From Chrysomallon squamiferum (Eukaryota > Animalia > Mollusca): a stretch of 64,000 nucleotides of DNA. Position 1 is the stretch's first letter; each line of letters starts with the position of its first letter. Where the stretch lies: NCBI GenBank assembly GCA_012295275.1, contig CM022667.1, forward strand, positions 8,928,001-8,992,000. The letters run 5' to 3'. The translations under genes and the position numbers were made by a program. Shown one piece after another: positions 1 through 12,087 of the stretch. The notes beneath the pieces are model-generated. The model had not been told where the DNA came from and searched no databases. It saw nothing but the letters and a program-made list of their open reading frames with translations.

Positions 1-159
1 ATTTTAACATTATTTATCAAAACAATGCTTATATAACATTTCACAATTTTAACACTGAAGTTAACAATGTGTTTTATTTTATATTATTTTATTTTATTTT
101 ATTTTATTTTATTTTATTTTATTTTTTTATTTTATTTTATTTATTTTTTTAAATTTTAG

Positions 160-607
160 ACTGGTTTAATGTGGTGGCCATTTGTACAGTCAGTAAATTT
201 CAGATTTGTGCCTCATCAGTATAAACCAGTGTTTGTGGCAGGAGCATCGTTTATCTGGAGCAACTTCCTCTCATTTATGAAAGAAGATCACATTCACGTA
301 AGTTTAATTTTTAAATACTGCTGATTTTTGTATTACATTATGCTTAAATAGATCCAAGCAAGAAACTTGGTAATTTGATTACGTTACCAGTAGATTCAAG
401 TAAGAAAACCAGTCATCCATTATGTTACCAGTAAGAAAACCAGTCATCCATTATGTTACCAATAGGTACAAGTAAGAAATAAAAATTGTGATGGTTTAAT
501 CATTATTTAAGAGGTTAATATATATTTTTTAAATGTATTTTTTCTAATGCCTGAATATAAAGTTGATAACTGCAATTTGTTTTCTTTCTTTTCAGCGCCA
601 TTCCTGA
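160..607 (+). CDS. Mpv17/PMP22-family membrane protein, last two coding exons (160-297 and 596-607); gene begins left of the window
   Basis: Exon 160-297 lies between tttag and gtaagt. It translates TGLMWWPFVQSVNFRFVPHQYKPVFVAGASFIWSNFLSFMKEDHIH, matching the Mpv17/PMP22 C-terminal pattern WP..Q..NF.FVP...FV.....W..FLS. A phase-0 splice to the ttttcag acceptor at 596 gives RHS-stop. A candidate AATAAA lies at 2313-2318. Confidence 0.85.
384..460. repeat. Short tandem duplication (~31 bp, agtaagaaaaccagtcatccattatgttacc) in Mpv17-like intron
   Basis: Two adjacent near-identical copies plus degenerate flanking copies, seen directly. Confidence 0.7.
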
Positions 608-1948
608 ATTGAGGATTTATATTGGTGCAAAGGAGATGGCTATTTTACATCTCCTAACAGTGTATGATTTTTACATATTTCAAAAGTAATTGCATTTAAT
701 ACTATAGTGAAAATGATGCTTTTTAAACACACAAGAATTTTTTTAAGCATTTTGTGACAACAGATCACTAACTGTATAACCTAAATATTTAATTTTAAAC
801 CTTTGATAATTAGCATTTTACCATTGATAACATAAAAAGAATGGTTTGCCGTTATATTCAAAGGGAAGCTACTCTGTTTTTTTTGAAACCTTAAAAGATT
901 AAGTAGAATGTTTTTAATCAATCCTTTTATTTGACTTTGTATATCACGTTGTCAAAAATGTCAAAAAAACCAAAAAAACCTGTTTATTATTTCAAAAATA
1001 TTTTCATTTGTCTGTATGCTTACACTGCAAATTATTTTAAAATATTTATGGATGTAAGTAATCATGAAAATATATTAAAAGTCTTACATTTTTTTAATTA
1101 AATAAATATATTTGTGTTGATTGTGTATAGTATAGTATAAATATAATATTTTAAGCATATAGTTTTTCTTTTTATTTTTATTTCATTACTTTTATTAACT
1201 TTATTTCTTATTTTATTTAAAATGTTCAATATTATTGCTGTGTAAATATGCCTACTGCATATTAACTTGGTTAGTGGTGTTTACATTACATGTGCTGAAA
1301 TGCAACAAAACGTTAGATATTTATTTTTATCTACATTTTCATTATTCTCAAACAGCTGTGCTTTCATGAGTTGTTTTTATATTTTGTTTTCATTAACTGT
1401 AATGCAAAGAATTTTCTAACATCATCATCATCATCGTCATTACTATTAGTTATTATTACCATTACTATTATTTTTATTATTAGTTTCTAATACTCCTATA
1501 CCATTATCACCATTTATTATTATCATTATTATCATACCTGTTCCTGTTATTATCATTATTGTTGTCACTGCAACTGTTATCATTAACATCATGTTTTCAG
1601 TGCAATATTGTCAAACATTTTATGATAAAATTGTATAAACATTGTTATCAATTTAATTGTTATTGCATTATTTGTAATATATTAATAATCACACATGTAT
1701 ATATTTGTTGTGTTTGTAAATGTGTGCATGTATTGGTGCCTGGCTGTTTGGATTTTGTGGAAATATGTCCATCTGTCTGTGTGGATTTTGTGTGTATGTG
1801 TATATAAGCATTAATCTTCATCTTTTCTCTATAAGAAAAGTGATCCTGCAATTTTAATATCGTATTTTAGTTCTTTCTATATTCTTTATGTCAAAAGCTT
1901 CATCTGACAAGACTACATTTTGTTATTTACTATTGAATGATACACCCC

Positions 1949-1983
<35 letters not shown>

Positions 1984-3034
1984 TATATATAAACCTTTCT
2001 TTGGAGTTTGTGTTGTTGTAAAAGTTAATCTACTTGAATACAGGTAATCATGAAAAGTACATCATAATCATGTTTATCCTTACAAGTTTTTGAATGTTTC
2101 TGTTGTTTGGTAATATTTTTATGTCAGCCATTCTGTTAAAACTAGAAAAACATGACTGAGGTTTCTTTTCTTCTTTTTTCATTTTTCATATCACTGATAT
2201 AGCAATGTACAGGGTTATCTTCAGGGTTAGACCACTTTTATTCTTAGTGCTTTGTGTGTAATAATGGGTGTTTGTGTCCATTTAAAACGTGATAATTAAA
2301 AGATATTATAATAATAAAAAATGTATTTCTTATAAACTAGTATGTTTTGGTTTATAATTATTTTATATATGTCAAAATGTTAATGAATATCAATGTTAAA
2401 TGTTTGCTATCCGTTTTTCCAAAAGCCGAGCTGTGTTATACTTTCCCATGTGGAGAATATATAAAGATATACTGATTCCTCACTGCTAACTGATAAATCT
2501 ACAATTATATTTCTGTAAATAAACACCAAGATAACCAAACGACAAAGAACAATTTACAGTTTATTTTATAAAGCATCACAATAAATAGCACTCATACACA
2601 GAATATTTTTGTAAACACAATGTATAAAAAATATATTAGCATTATTAATCTTTTCATATGTATTGAAACAAATCTCAACTGTTTTACAGTATATTAATAG
2701 CAATGAAATACATATTAACAAACAACATAATAATCACAACAAAGAAACATAACAACAGCACTTCAAGAACATTATTCTTATTTTTATAAAACTGTGAGTC
2801 AGTATACCATATCAATTTAATAAATGACTTTGTCATTTTATATACATATAATATCACACATGATTTTATATACTTAACAACATTATAACAAAACATAACA
2901 GTAGCACTATTATAAATATTACTTAATATAACAAATGAGACACACTGCCCAGTATAGCATAATAATATATACAAAATAATATATGGACCAAACCAAAAAC
3001 AGTAGCACTACATAACAGATAACTATCACTATGT

Positions 3035-4647
3035 TTATAAATACTGAGCGAGGTTTCCGATCATTTCCTCATTTCGCTGACGTTTCACTCCTTGTCGTTG
3101 TCTGTGTTTTCTCCTGGCGATTTCTGTCAGTGACCTGGTGTTACCTCCCCTGTTTCTCTTGTTTCCAAACCATTTCTTCACCTGGTCCGAACTGATTCCG
3201 CCAGCCAGCGTCATCGCCTCGACAACAGTCGCTGAGGGATACGGATGGTGGAGATTGGACTGGTACCACTGCTCCATGATCTGAATGGCTTTTCTGGACA
3301 GCGTCGGTCTGTGGCGGACACTGGAAAGCCAGGATGTAGAAGAAGAGTTCTTACTGGACAAGCGACTTTCTTCAAGGACACGAAGACTTTGCTTAACACG
3401 GTCCATTGCCTGAAAGTAAAAAAATTAATAAATTAACAGATAGATGTAATATTCAGTCTTTTCTATGAATATTACATGGTAAATATAGATATTTCTAAAA
3501 ATGTTTGTATTGTTTACATTATTTCATTGTTAATATTATTAGTAACAAAATGGTCATCATGATGCTTCTTCAAGACGTGGTTATTTACATAACTAAATAT
3601 GTGTACGTTTATATAAATCTACATAAAAAGAACTGTGAGCTTACCTGATTTTTCTGACCGTCAAAGTACGAGTTGAGCCACGCCCTGTACTGATTGGACG
3701 TCTGACTGACCAAACAGTTCATCCTCTCCATCTCTATACTGGCCACGTGAAACTGAAACAGGGTAGACAACTCCTTCACCTTCTCGTCAGAATTATCTGC
3801 TGCTTCCAGCTGCTGCAGCCGTATCTTCAGGCTCTGCTCCTCCATGATGTGGTGCATGTTGTTGTGGCCACTGCTGTTGTGGCTGCTGTTGTTGTTGTTT
3901 CCGAGGGTATGAAAAAGTTTACTGGGCAACATGGAGGTGTTGCAGTCTGCCTCCAGAGTGTGTCGAAGGTCAGAAAAGAAAGGATGACTTGCCAGCGGGT
4001 TGTCGTGGGCGATGTTGTTGAAAGGTGAAGAGGAAGATGGTGGTGGTGACTGGTGCTCATCAGACATGTTATCGTCATCATGATCAAAGTCTGTTGTCAA
4101 GGAAATCAGTGTATCACCATAGCGACTATCAGTAGCTAGTTCTGATGACTCATCTAGAAACAATTATACAAATATAATATTTACTATAAAAGAAATATAT
4201 ATAAATTAACTATACAGTATATTGTAACCATATAACAACTTTGTTAGATATACGACTAATATTATCCAGAATGGGTCAAAAGGCAGCTTAAGGAATGATA
4301 AATTTAATCAAATTGTAATACAAAATACAGATTTTAATGATGTTAATTATGACACAATCTCAGGTTTGGCAAAGCAAGGTTTGTGACTTACCAGCAGTCG
4401 TAGTGTCCACAGAGTCAGGCTGGATAGAACTGAACAACTCTTCCAGTGATTCCTGAAAACTCTTCTCAGAGCTGTCACTTGTCAGGCTGGATCGCTGGAT
4501 TGATGGATCAGACGATGAGAGATCCACATCTGCTACTGGGACCACACGATAAACATCTCTGTTTTGTGACACTCTTTCATTTGAACTAACAGACAAACCA
4601 TCATGAGGACAGACAGACAACAAATGGACATCAGAAATAGAAGACAT
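3035..4647 (-). CDS. TALE-class homeobox protein, divergent (spiralian-specific SPILE/TALE-clade type), ~379 aa; exons 4647-4392, 4153-3645, 3409-3035
   Basis: GT-AG junctions have compatible phases (1, then 0) and total 1140 nt, open to TAA. The homeodomain RHRPTLSRKAIQIMEQWYQSNLHHPYPSATVVEAMTLAGGISSDQVKKWFGNKRNR has the TALE loop followed by PYP and helix-3 WFGNKR. It is too divergent from Pbx, Meis, Pknox, Irx, Tgif and Mkx for a gene symbol. Confidence 0.9.
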
Positions 4648-4740
4648 ACTGAGACTTGTAAACAAATATTTCTGTAGCTCAAAATCACCTAGTTTATCTC
4701 AATGTCAGATGACAGATAAATGACAGATGACACTTTTAAT

Positions 4741-4865
4741 ATTTATATACAAACCTGAACAGTTTTCATCTTCTGAGCACAAACTCAGCTGTTTTTCCAT
4801 TGGTCAGATACATCACTTGACGTAATTAATTATTCATATTTCTGTTAAGTGCAGTTTGATTGGGT
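4741..4865 (-). promoter_or_regulatory. Core promoter of the TALE gene (TATA box, two CCAAT boxes, CRE/bZIP-like site)
   Basis: The minus strand reads TATATAAAT at ~4749-4741, about 100 nt above the ATG. CCAAT occurs at 4803-4799 and 4863-4859, and TGACGTAA at 4818-4825. Confidence 0.55.
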
Positions 4866-5420
4866 AATGGTTTTCTTTGAATGAGATGATCTTGCTGAAC
4901 TGTTTAACAGGTATCATTGTTCACCTATTAATTAGTTTGTTTAATCACTTTGATCTTCACAGACTTCTGCTCACCTTGTAGATAAAAGTTGATAGTCTGT
5001 TTTATCTTTTGAACTGTTAACAGTAATTTCTTTTGTTATGTTGTCATGGCTACACAATGAGCACAGTTATGTCAATAGGAATTTAAAAATGTTTCTTTAA
5101 TTATAAATTACATAGGTCAAGATTTTGAAATACGCATTTACACTGTTAAAGAATAATAGGGAGAATATTTATAAAAATATATTTATGTAATGTACATCTT
5201 ACTTTAATTCAGATATGATAGGTTTTAAAGTGATATAGTCTTGTTCTAACTATGAGTAAATTCTACTAGTCTGTTAAAAGTAAAATATATTTTAAACAAA
5301 GGCCATAGGCCCAGTTTGAATTTACTTATTTAAATGCAGCCAAAGTCAAGCGTACTAAATTTAAAACAATTCTTACGATAAACAAAACAAATATGTAATT
5401 TGTAATTCTTTCTTATTTTC

Positions 5421-5422
<2 letters not shown>

Positions 5423-5468
<46 letters not shown>
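5423..5468. repeat. (GT)n microsatellite
   Basis: Perfect dinucleotide run. Confidence 0.95.
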
Positions 5469-5470
<2 letters not shown>

Positions 5471-6305
5471 AATCACACATCGGGGCTGACATCCCAACAA
5501 AATCAAGCTGTCGGAAGGTGGACCGCTAAAAAACGGAACATGAAGTGGAGAAATATACATACATATATAAATAATAATAATAAATAATAGTAAAAAAAAA
5601 AATAAAAATAAACTTAAATGTGAAAAAGAGTAATAATAATAAAGAGATATTAATTGAAGGTATTGTCATTAAATAATACAGTGTTAAAAATAAGTAAATA
5701 AATAAATAAATTCTTGAATAATCCTATCATTGGAATTAAAATTTAAATGTTGCGTAGAAATAAATGGTCTTTAATTATTGGTTATGTTTCAGAGTTATTA
5801 TTTATTGTTTTCAATGACTTAACGTTGTTCACAGTAACAAGTATGACAATAAAACAACACCATTAGAAAATATGAGAACGCTGCCATTTTATTCTACCAC
5901 AAGTGGAGTCGATATTATAGCGTTTATGGCGATGGAGCATTGAACGCGATGACATCACTACAGGAAAATGGCGGTACCCTGTTATTTTGAATTGAAGTGT
6001 TTTGTTGTTATTATAAATTAAAGTTTGAACGGACGCCCCTTCCGCCCAAAAGAAAACCATAAAAACTACAACAGCAAATGCAATCCCAAACACAAAAACA
6101 ACGATTACAAAATAACATCTATCTTGGAAACATAGAAATAAATTTTGTGTCTTTAAGCTTATAACTGATTGCGATAAACTGACGATAAAATATATAACTA
6201 AAAACTGACTGTACTTGGATGGCACCATTGCTATAAATATGGCCTCTAAATTAGCAACATGTTATTGATGACGTCACAATGTATAACTAGTTTATGCATA
6301 TGACA

Positions 6306-6347
<42 letters not shown>

Positions 6348-6382
6348 CTGCCTTCCCTCCATTGTTAATGATTCCTCCCAAA

Positions 6383-9300
6383 ATGGCGTTTACGTATTTG
6401 TTTGTATGGATATTTCTGAATCACATAGATATTTTATTAGGTAAATTGGATCTTCTACATTTTGTCTGTCTTCAGAATTTGTAATGAGTATCCATTTTGT
6501 ATCTTGATTATTTCTTAAAACCTTTCTCTGTCAGGTTAGATATATTATTATGGTATACGGTCAGGGTGGAAAAAAGTAACAGTTGTAATGTATAGAGAAT
6601 AATAAATATTGTAAATACATTGATTAATCTAAATTCGGAATAGAACACGATATTTTCACGTCCAGATCATACGAAAGAAAAAATTTCTGTATCTATTTGT
6701 GTGTGTCTTTTTCTATTTCCATTAATATATATCTACAAATGCATGTACAACCTATCAATAAATCTCTTGGCCAATCTGTTTTTTCTGTTGTCTGCCCTTT
6801 TGTATCTCAATCTAGTTCTGGCTAACTATCTATCTATCTATCTGCCTGCCTATCTACCTATTTATCTATCCACTCTTCTATGCCTGTTTGTCTGTCCCCC
6901 AGTCTGGGCTTTCAGTCAGACAGCAAACTACATTATTTATATTTTATTTATTCGTTTTCTTTAGGTTATTCATTGACTATAACTGGCAATGCCACTCCTC
7001 CATTTTTCACAGTCACTTGCACAGTTCACGATGCTGCAGATCTTGATGACCTGGTATCCATCTATAAAAAAAAATATCCCTCTTTCGTTACCTCATTTCA
7101 ACAGTCAGTTTCGAAAAAATGTTCTGTACACAAGTACCCACCCAAGGGTTATGTTTCAACTTGTGGAGAAGGGACAAACGACAGTGAATCGCAGATTAAA
7201 AAATACTCACTGAAGATAAATCAGATTAAAGAAGGTGATAAAACGGTCTGGTGGTGCTCTCTAAAAACTGCTTCAGTTGTGAGCAATAATTTCACATTGG
7301 AAGGTGAGTAGTAATTTATACAGATACTCCATGACTGATGTAAAATGTACACATGTAAGAGCAAACGGAACTGGTACGTCATAAAGATACGAAAGTACTT
7401 TGAGTTTAATTGTTTATTTTTAAGAATAAGCCAGGGAATTGCTAGGTAAGTATGGATTTATATGAGTATGGATGCATGGAAGCATGGATCTGTGTTTGTT
7501 TGGATCTATGTAGGAATGGATCTATGTAAACTGAATATGCGTGTGTTTAGATCTATGTAAGTACAGATCAGTGTAAGAATAGATTTATGGAAGTAGTTCT
7601 AGGTATGTTGGAGAGAGTAAAACAAACATTTTTTGTTCATGATTATGAATTAGAACAACAAAAAAATTAAAATAAATGTATCATTTGTATTAAAACCAGC
7701 AGCCTTAATATGAAAAAAACAACCTCCTCCAAACCCCCACCATATCAGTTCTGCTGAGCGTTAAAAAAAAAAAAATCTTGATCATAATATTAATAATAAT
7801 AATAAATAAGATTATTATTATTATCATATGGGATGGGTGTATGTACTTTTGACAGATTGTATTCTTCAAAAACTTATTTTTTCCTCTCAGTGTATAGATA
7901 ATTATTAAACAAACAAGTTAATTATTTTTGACAAAAATATTACAATTATTTCAAATGTATGAGACATTATGGCCCAAATATTATTATTACAGATACATGA
8001 GTCATTTTTTCACACATATAATTATTAAAGATACATGAGTCATTTTTCACTCATATATTATAACTTTTATCAATACATGAATATTTTTTCACACCAATAT
8101 AATTATTACTTATATATGAGTCATTTTTTCACACAAATATTATAATTATTACAGATACAAGTGTCATTTTTCATACAAATATAATTATTACTTATATATA
8201 CGAATTATTTTTCACACAAATAATATAATTATTACAGATATATGAATCATTTTTCACACAAATATTATAACAATTAGAGATACATGAGTTATTTTTACAG
8301 GTAAACAAGTCATATTGTAATTATTGCAGGAATTGGTGTGTCATGTGACTTGTGTGTTGGATTTTCCTTTATACTGGGATTTTCAATTTTTTCTGGCGTC
8401 TGCATTTTTCTTATTGTAGTCAAAGCGACACCTGGTGGTGAGTTTTAACATTCTTTTCTAATCTCACATTAACGAGTCAGAATAAATGTTACTCACTGCT
8501 GTTAGTTGTTATATGTTGAACACTGAATATGCCATTTTCATAGTTTAGTTTTCTATAAATCAATACATTGTCTGAAAATAATGTGGCTTTATATTGTTTT
8601 AACATGCTGTTGTTTGGAAAACAACATATAATAAAATATAAATATTTGTTTATTCTTTCAGATAAAAATCAGAAACATCGGATTAGATTCCTAAAAGTTA
8701 TTGGAGTTTTTGTTTTCCTATTTGCAATTACTACATCAATTTTTCTGGCATTTTATGTAAAGGGTAATTATTATATTTATCATTTTTTATCCGTCAGCTG
8801 ACAAAAATACTAGCATTCAATGACTCTCTCTTTCTCTCTCTGTCTCTCTCTTTCACTCACTCTGTGTCTCTTTCACACTATCTCACTCTTACTCTCTCAC
8901 TGTCATTTCTTTCACTCAATGCCTCAGTCTTTCTCTCTATCAGACACATGCACACACACACAATTTTCACACAATCATTTTTCTTTTAAAAGTTTGAAAA
9001 GTGACTAATAACAGTATTTTTTTAACTGAGTAAACAAATAAACCTTTTTTTTTTTTTCCCAACCTGATGTGTTTTTTTTTTTTTTTCATTTACTTTATTG
9101 GTTATTAAGTTTGTTAAAATACCTCACTAACACTTAGAAATAGACCAAGTGATTAAAACCTTTATACTTTTAGTATTTATTTTATTTTTAAGTCGATAGA
9201 AACGATGGATCTTGGATTGCGGCTGTGGTGATGTGTGCATTAGGATTTCTCTACGGTTGTATCTTCAGTACCGGTTTTAGAAAGTCAGTATTTTCATTCT

Positions 9301-9693
9301 ACTTATAAACCAATATAATTAGATAATGTCTTGTTCTTAAAAATACATTTTCTGGAATAATTACACATTAGAGTTAATTAAAAAATATCCATGGTGATAC
9401 GGATGAATGGACAAATAAATTTATTTCTGCTCTCCAAGTTAATATTTTATTGTTTTGGGTGGACCTGGTTTTGCTCATAGCAAATTATTCCTGTAAATAA
9501 AAATTTTATATAATATTTTAATACAGTAAATTTAACTCTTCACCCTAGAGTTGTATTTTTCCAGACAACAGTAACAGACACTGTCTGATTGCCTGTCTGC
9601 TTCTGTCTGGATGTCTCTGTCTTCTGACACACCCATCCATCTGCCTACCTACTTATCTGTCTGTCTGTCTACCTAATTTAAAAAAAATAATGT

Positions 9694-9733
<40 letters not shown>

Positions 9734-9944
9734 TTATTATTAATTTGGTAAGGGATTGTACAACCATGCAATAATATAAAAGATGACAAAACTGAGAATG
9801 ATTTCTTTTCAATCACTTGTACATCATTTTTTTTTCTTTCTCTAAATACTATTCTCAGTAGATTTATTTCAGTTGTCATGGTAACGTGTGTATTTGTTTT
9901 TTTGCAGAGTTGAAGAACAGCATGAAGAAGCTCTTGTGACATAG
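6383..9944 (+). CDS. Signal peptide + single Ig-like domain + three TM helices, ~244 aa; exons 6383-6440, 6965-7303, 8330-8437, 8662-8763, 9193-9283, 9908-9944
   Basis: All junctions are GT-AG with phases 1,1,1,1,2 and total 735 nt, open to TAG. Exon 1 encodes a hydrophobic leader (MAFTYLFVWIFLNHIDILL). Exon 2 is a phase 1-1 Ig-like exon (FTVTC...YSLKINQIKEGDKTVWWC). Exons 3-5 each encode one hydrophobic helix, and the tail is RKVEEQHEEALVT. Confidence 0.8.
7962..8300. repeat. Intronic minisatellite, ~38-41 bp unit (attattacagatacatgagtcatttttcacacaaatat), ~8-9 degenerate copies
   Basis: Repeated unit visible directly between Ig exon 2 and TM exon 3. Confidence 0.85.
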
Positions 9945-12052
9945 CACTTAAAACTGAACTTTGTAGGAAAAAACTAAAAATAAAAAAAAAATTAATTTGT
10001 AATTTGTGTTATGTCATTCTGAAAACACAAATAACCAAAGACAAATATTTCTGCAGAGGACAGAGAAAAATGTAGAAGAATGATTTAATTTTTGCTTAAA
10101 TAGAAAGAAAAAAAAAAAAAAAAAAAAAATTAATTTTAACTGCAGTTTCTGTTAAATTATTATGACTGTTTCAGATAACTTTTATACCGAATGTTATCTT
10201 GACATTGTTCACTAGTTTCTGCCATACAGAAAAGAAGTCAATAAACTAAATTAGACATAAAACAAAGAGAAAAAAAGAAGTTATTTAAATACTTGGATAA
10301 CATTTTTTGTTCAAGAAATAGTTTTCCTTCTTTTTTTCAGCACCTCAGTGTTTTCTCAGAATGATTAATTTTCTTATTACTGTCATTATTTTCAAAAAGT
10401 AGGTATTTATTTAATTTTTAATTTGTTATATTTTCAAGTGAAAATGTTTTGTTTTAATTTTTAAAAATATGTTATTATTATATTTGTTTATATACATCTG
10501 GAAATCAGTTGTTAATTTTGTATTATATACCTTTAAAAATTAATTTAGAATCATGATGGAAAAATTGTTATGTTTAATAAAGAGATGACTGGAATTGGAA
10601 ATGCTAAAAATTAATTTTTAAATTAGTGCTAGGAATTGTACATTTACATATTATTATTATTATTAGACTTACCATTATTATATTACATATTATAATTATT
10701 AAAAATAATAATACTGTTACTATTGCTGTTACTGGTGTTGCTGTTCTATTTTTAAATGCATTTTTCTAGAGGGAATGACATGATGATAAATTACAGAAGT
10801 TAGCCTCATGTATTAGTTATTTCATCATCATTATTATTATAATTTTTATTTTTAAATTAATAAATTAATAACTTACTGAGTACTGATTAATTTAAGTTTT
10901 AAAAATGAAAATCATGTGAATTCAAGCATACATATTTTTAAAAAACAAAAAAGAAACAAAATATACTACATTAAATTTTATGTGTGTGTGTGTGTGTTTA
11001 TATATATATCAGATGATTAAATGCAGTTTATGTTAAACTGTTATGCATAAAGCTGGGTTTTTTTTGGTTATTTCCATGCCCTTTTTCTCTAACACTGTAG
11101 TGTTAATTATTAATTTTGGTATATACACATAAACATTGTACCTTTATTTTAGCTTTTATCACTGTTGAATACACATTATTATATACTGTGTTGTTTGTTT
11201 GTTTTGTTCTGTGCGACATAGTAACAGATGAAAGTAATTCTGTGGTAGAATGTTCCAGCATCCTGTCAAATGAGATAAAACAAATGTTAAAAGATATTGT
11301 TTAATTGTCTAAAATTTATTCCATAAAAGCTAAACAGGATTATCAAATCAACATGAGAAATAATCAAAATCAGATATTTAGAACATCTTGCTGAAAGATC
11401 TATTGTCATTAATAATCAACAAAAATACCGGTATGAAACAAGTTTAAATATATTTATTATTCACATTTTGGACATGATTTATTTATTTATTTATTTATTT
11501 ATTGTTTTGCTGTCCATTCTAAATTGAAAATAATGTGTGACAACAAAAGAGTAGGTGAAAAATATTTGGGTGCAGTGATGTTTCTGTAATTGTGACATGC
11601 TGTGTGGAGCCATGTTTTATTTCTTCTACAGGGGACATAACTCTGTCATGACCTCATAACTGCTTGTTAAATGGTAAATGGTGATGTTTAAAGTGTTTTG
11701 TCATATTTTGTTATCACCAAAGACAGCTCATAATAACCTTTATGTATTAAAATTTTATTAGTTTATTTATAAATCACTGTAGGTATATTTTATTGAATAA
11801 AATTCAAAAACAAAAGACAAAAAGGTCAGTAACTTTCGGGAACAAGTTGTTGTCTGTCCCAGGTATAACATCTTGCTTGTTTTTCTCTAACACTGGTATT
11901 TGATTATATCCCTTGCATCATTCCAAAACAAACAAAAATCCTTGTTTTAAATCAGTTTTATTTCATCATATTGCATAATTATCAAAATATATTTTTTTCT
12001 ACATTACAAAAAAAAAAAACAGTCTAGAAAGTAATTTTATTTCTGTTGTTAT

Positions 12053-12087
<35 letters not shown>

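Noticed and set aside
7962-8300. Regularly spaced repeats resembling a CRISPR array
   Set aside because: Head-to-tail degenerate units without unique spacers, inside a eukaryotic intron, with no cas genes.
9872-9885. RFX X-box match GTTGTCATGGTAAC in the last intron of the Ig-3TM gene
   Set aside because: A single motif near a branch-point region and far from any promoter; cannot be distinguished from chance.
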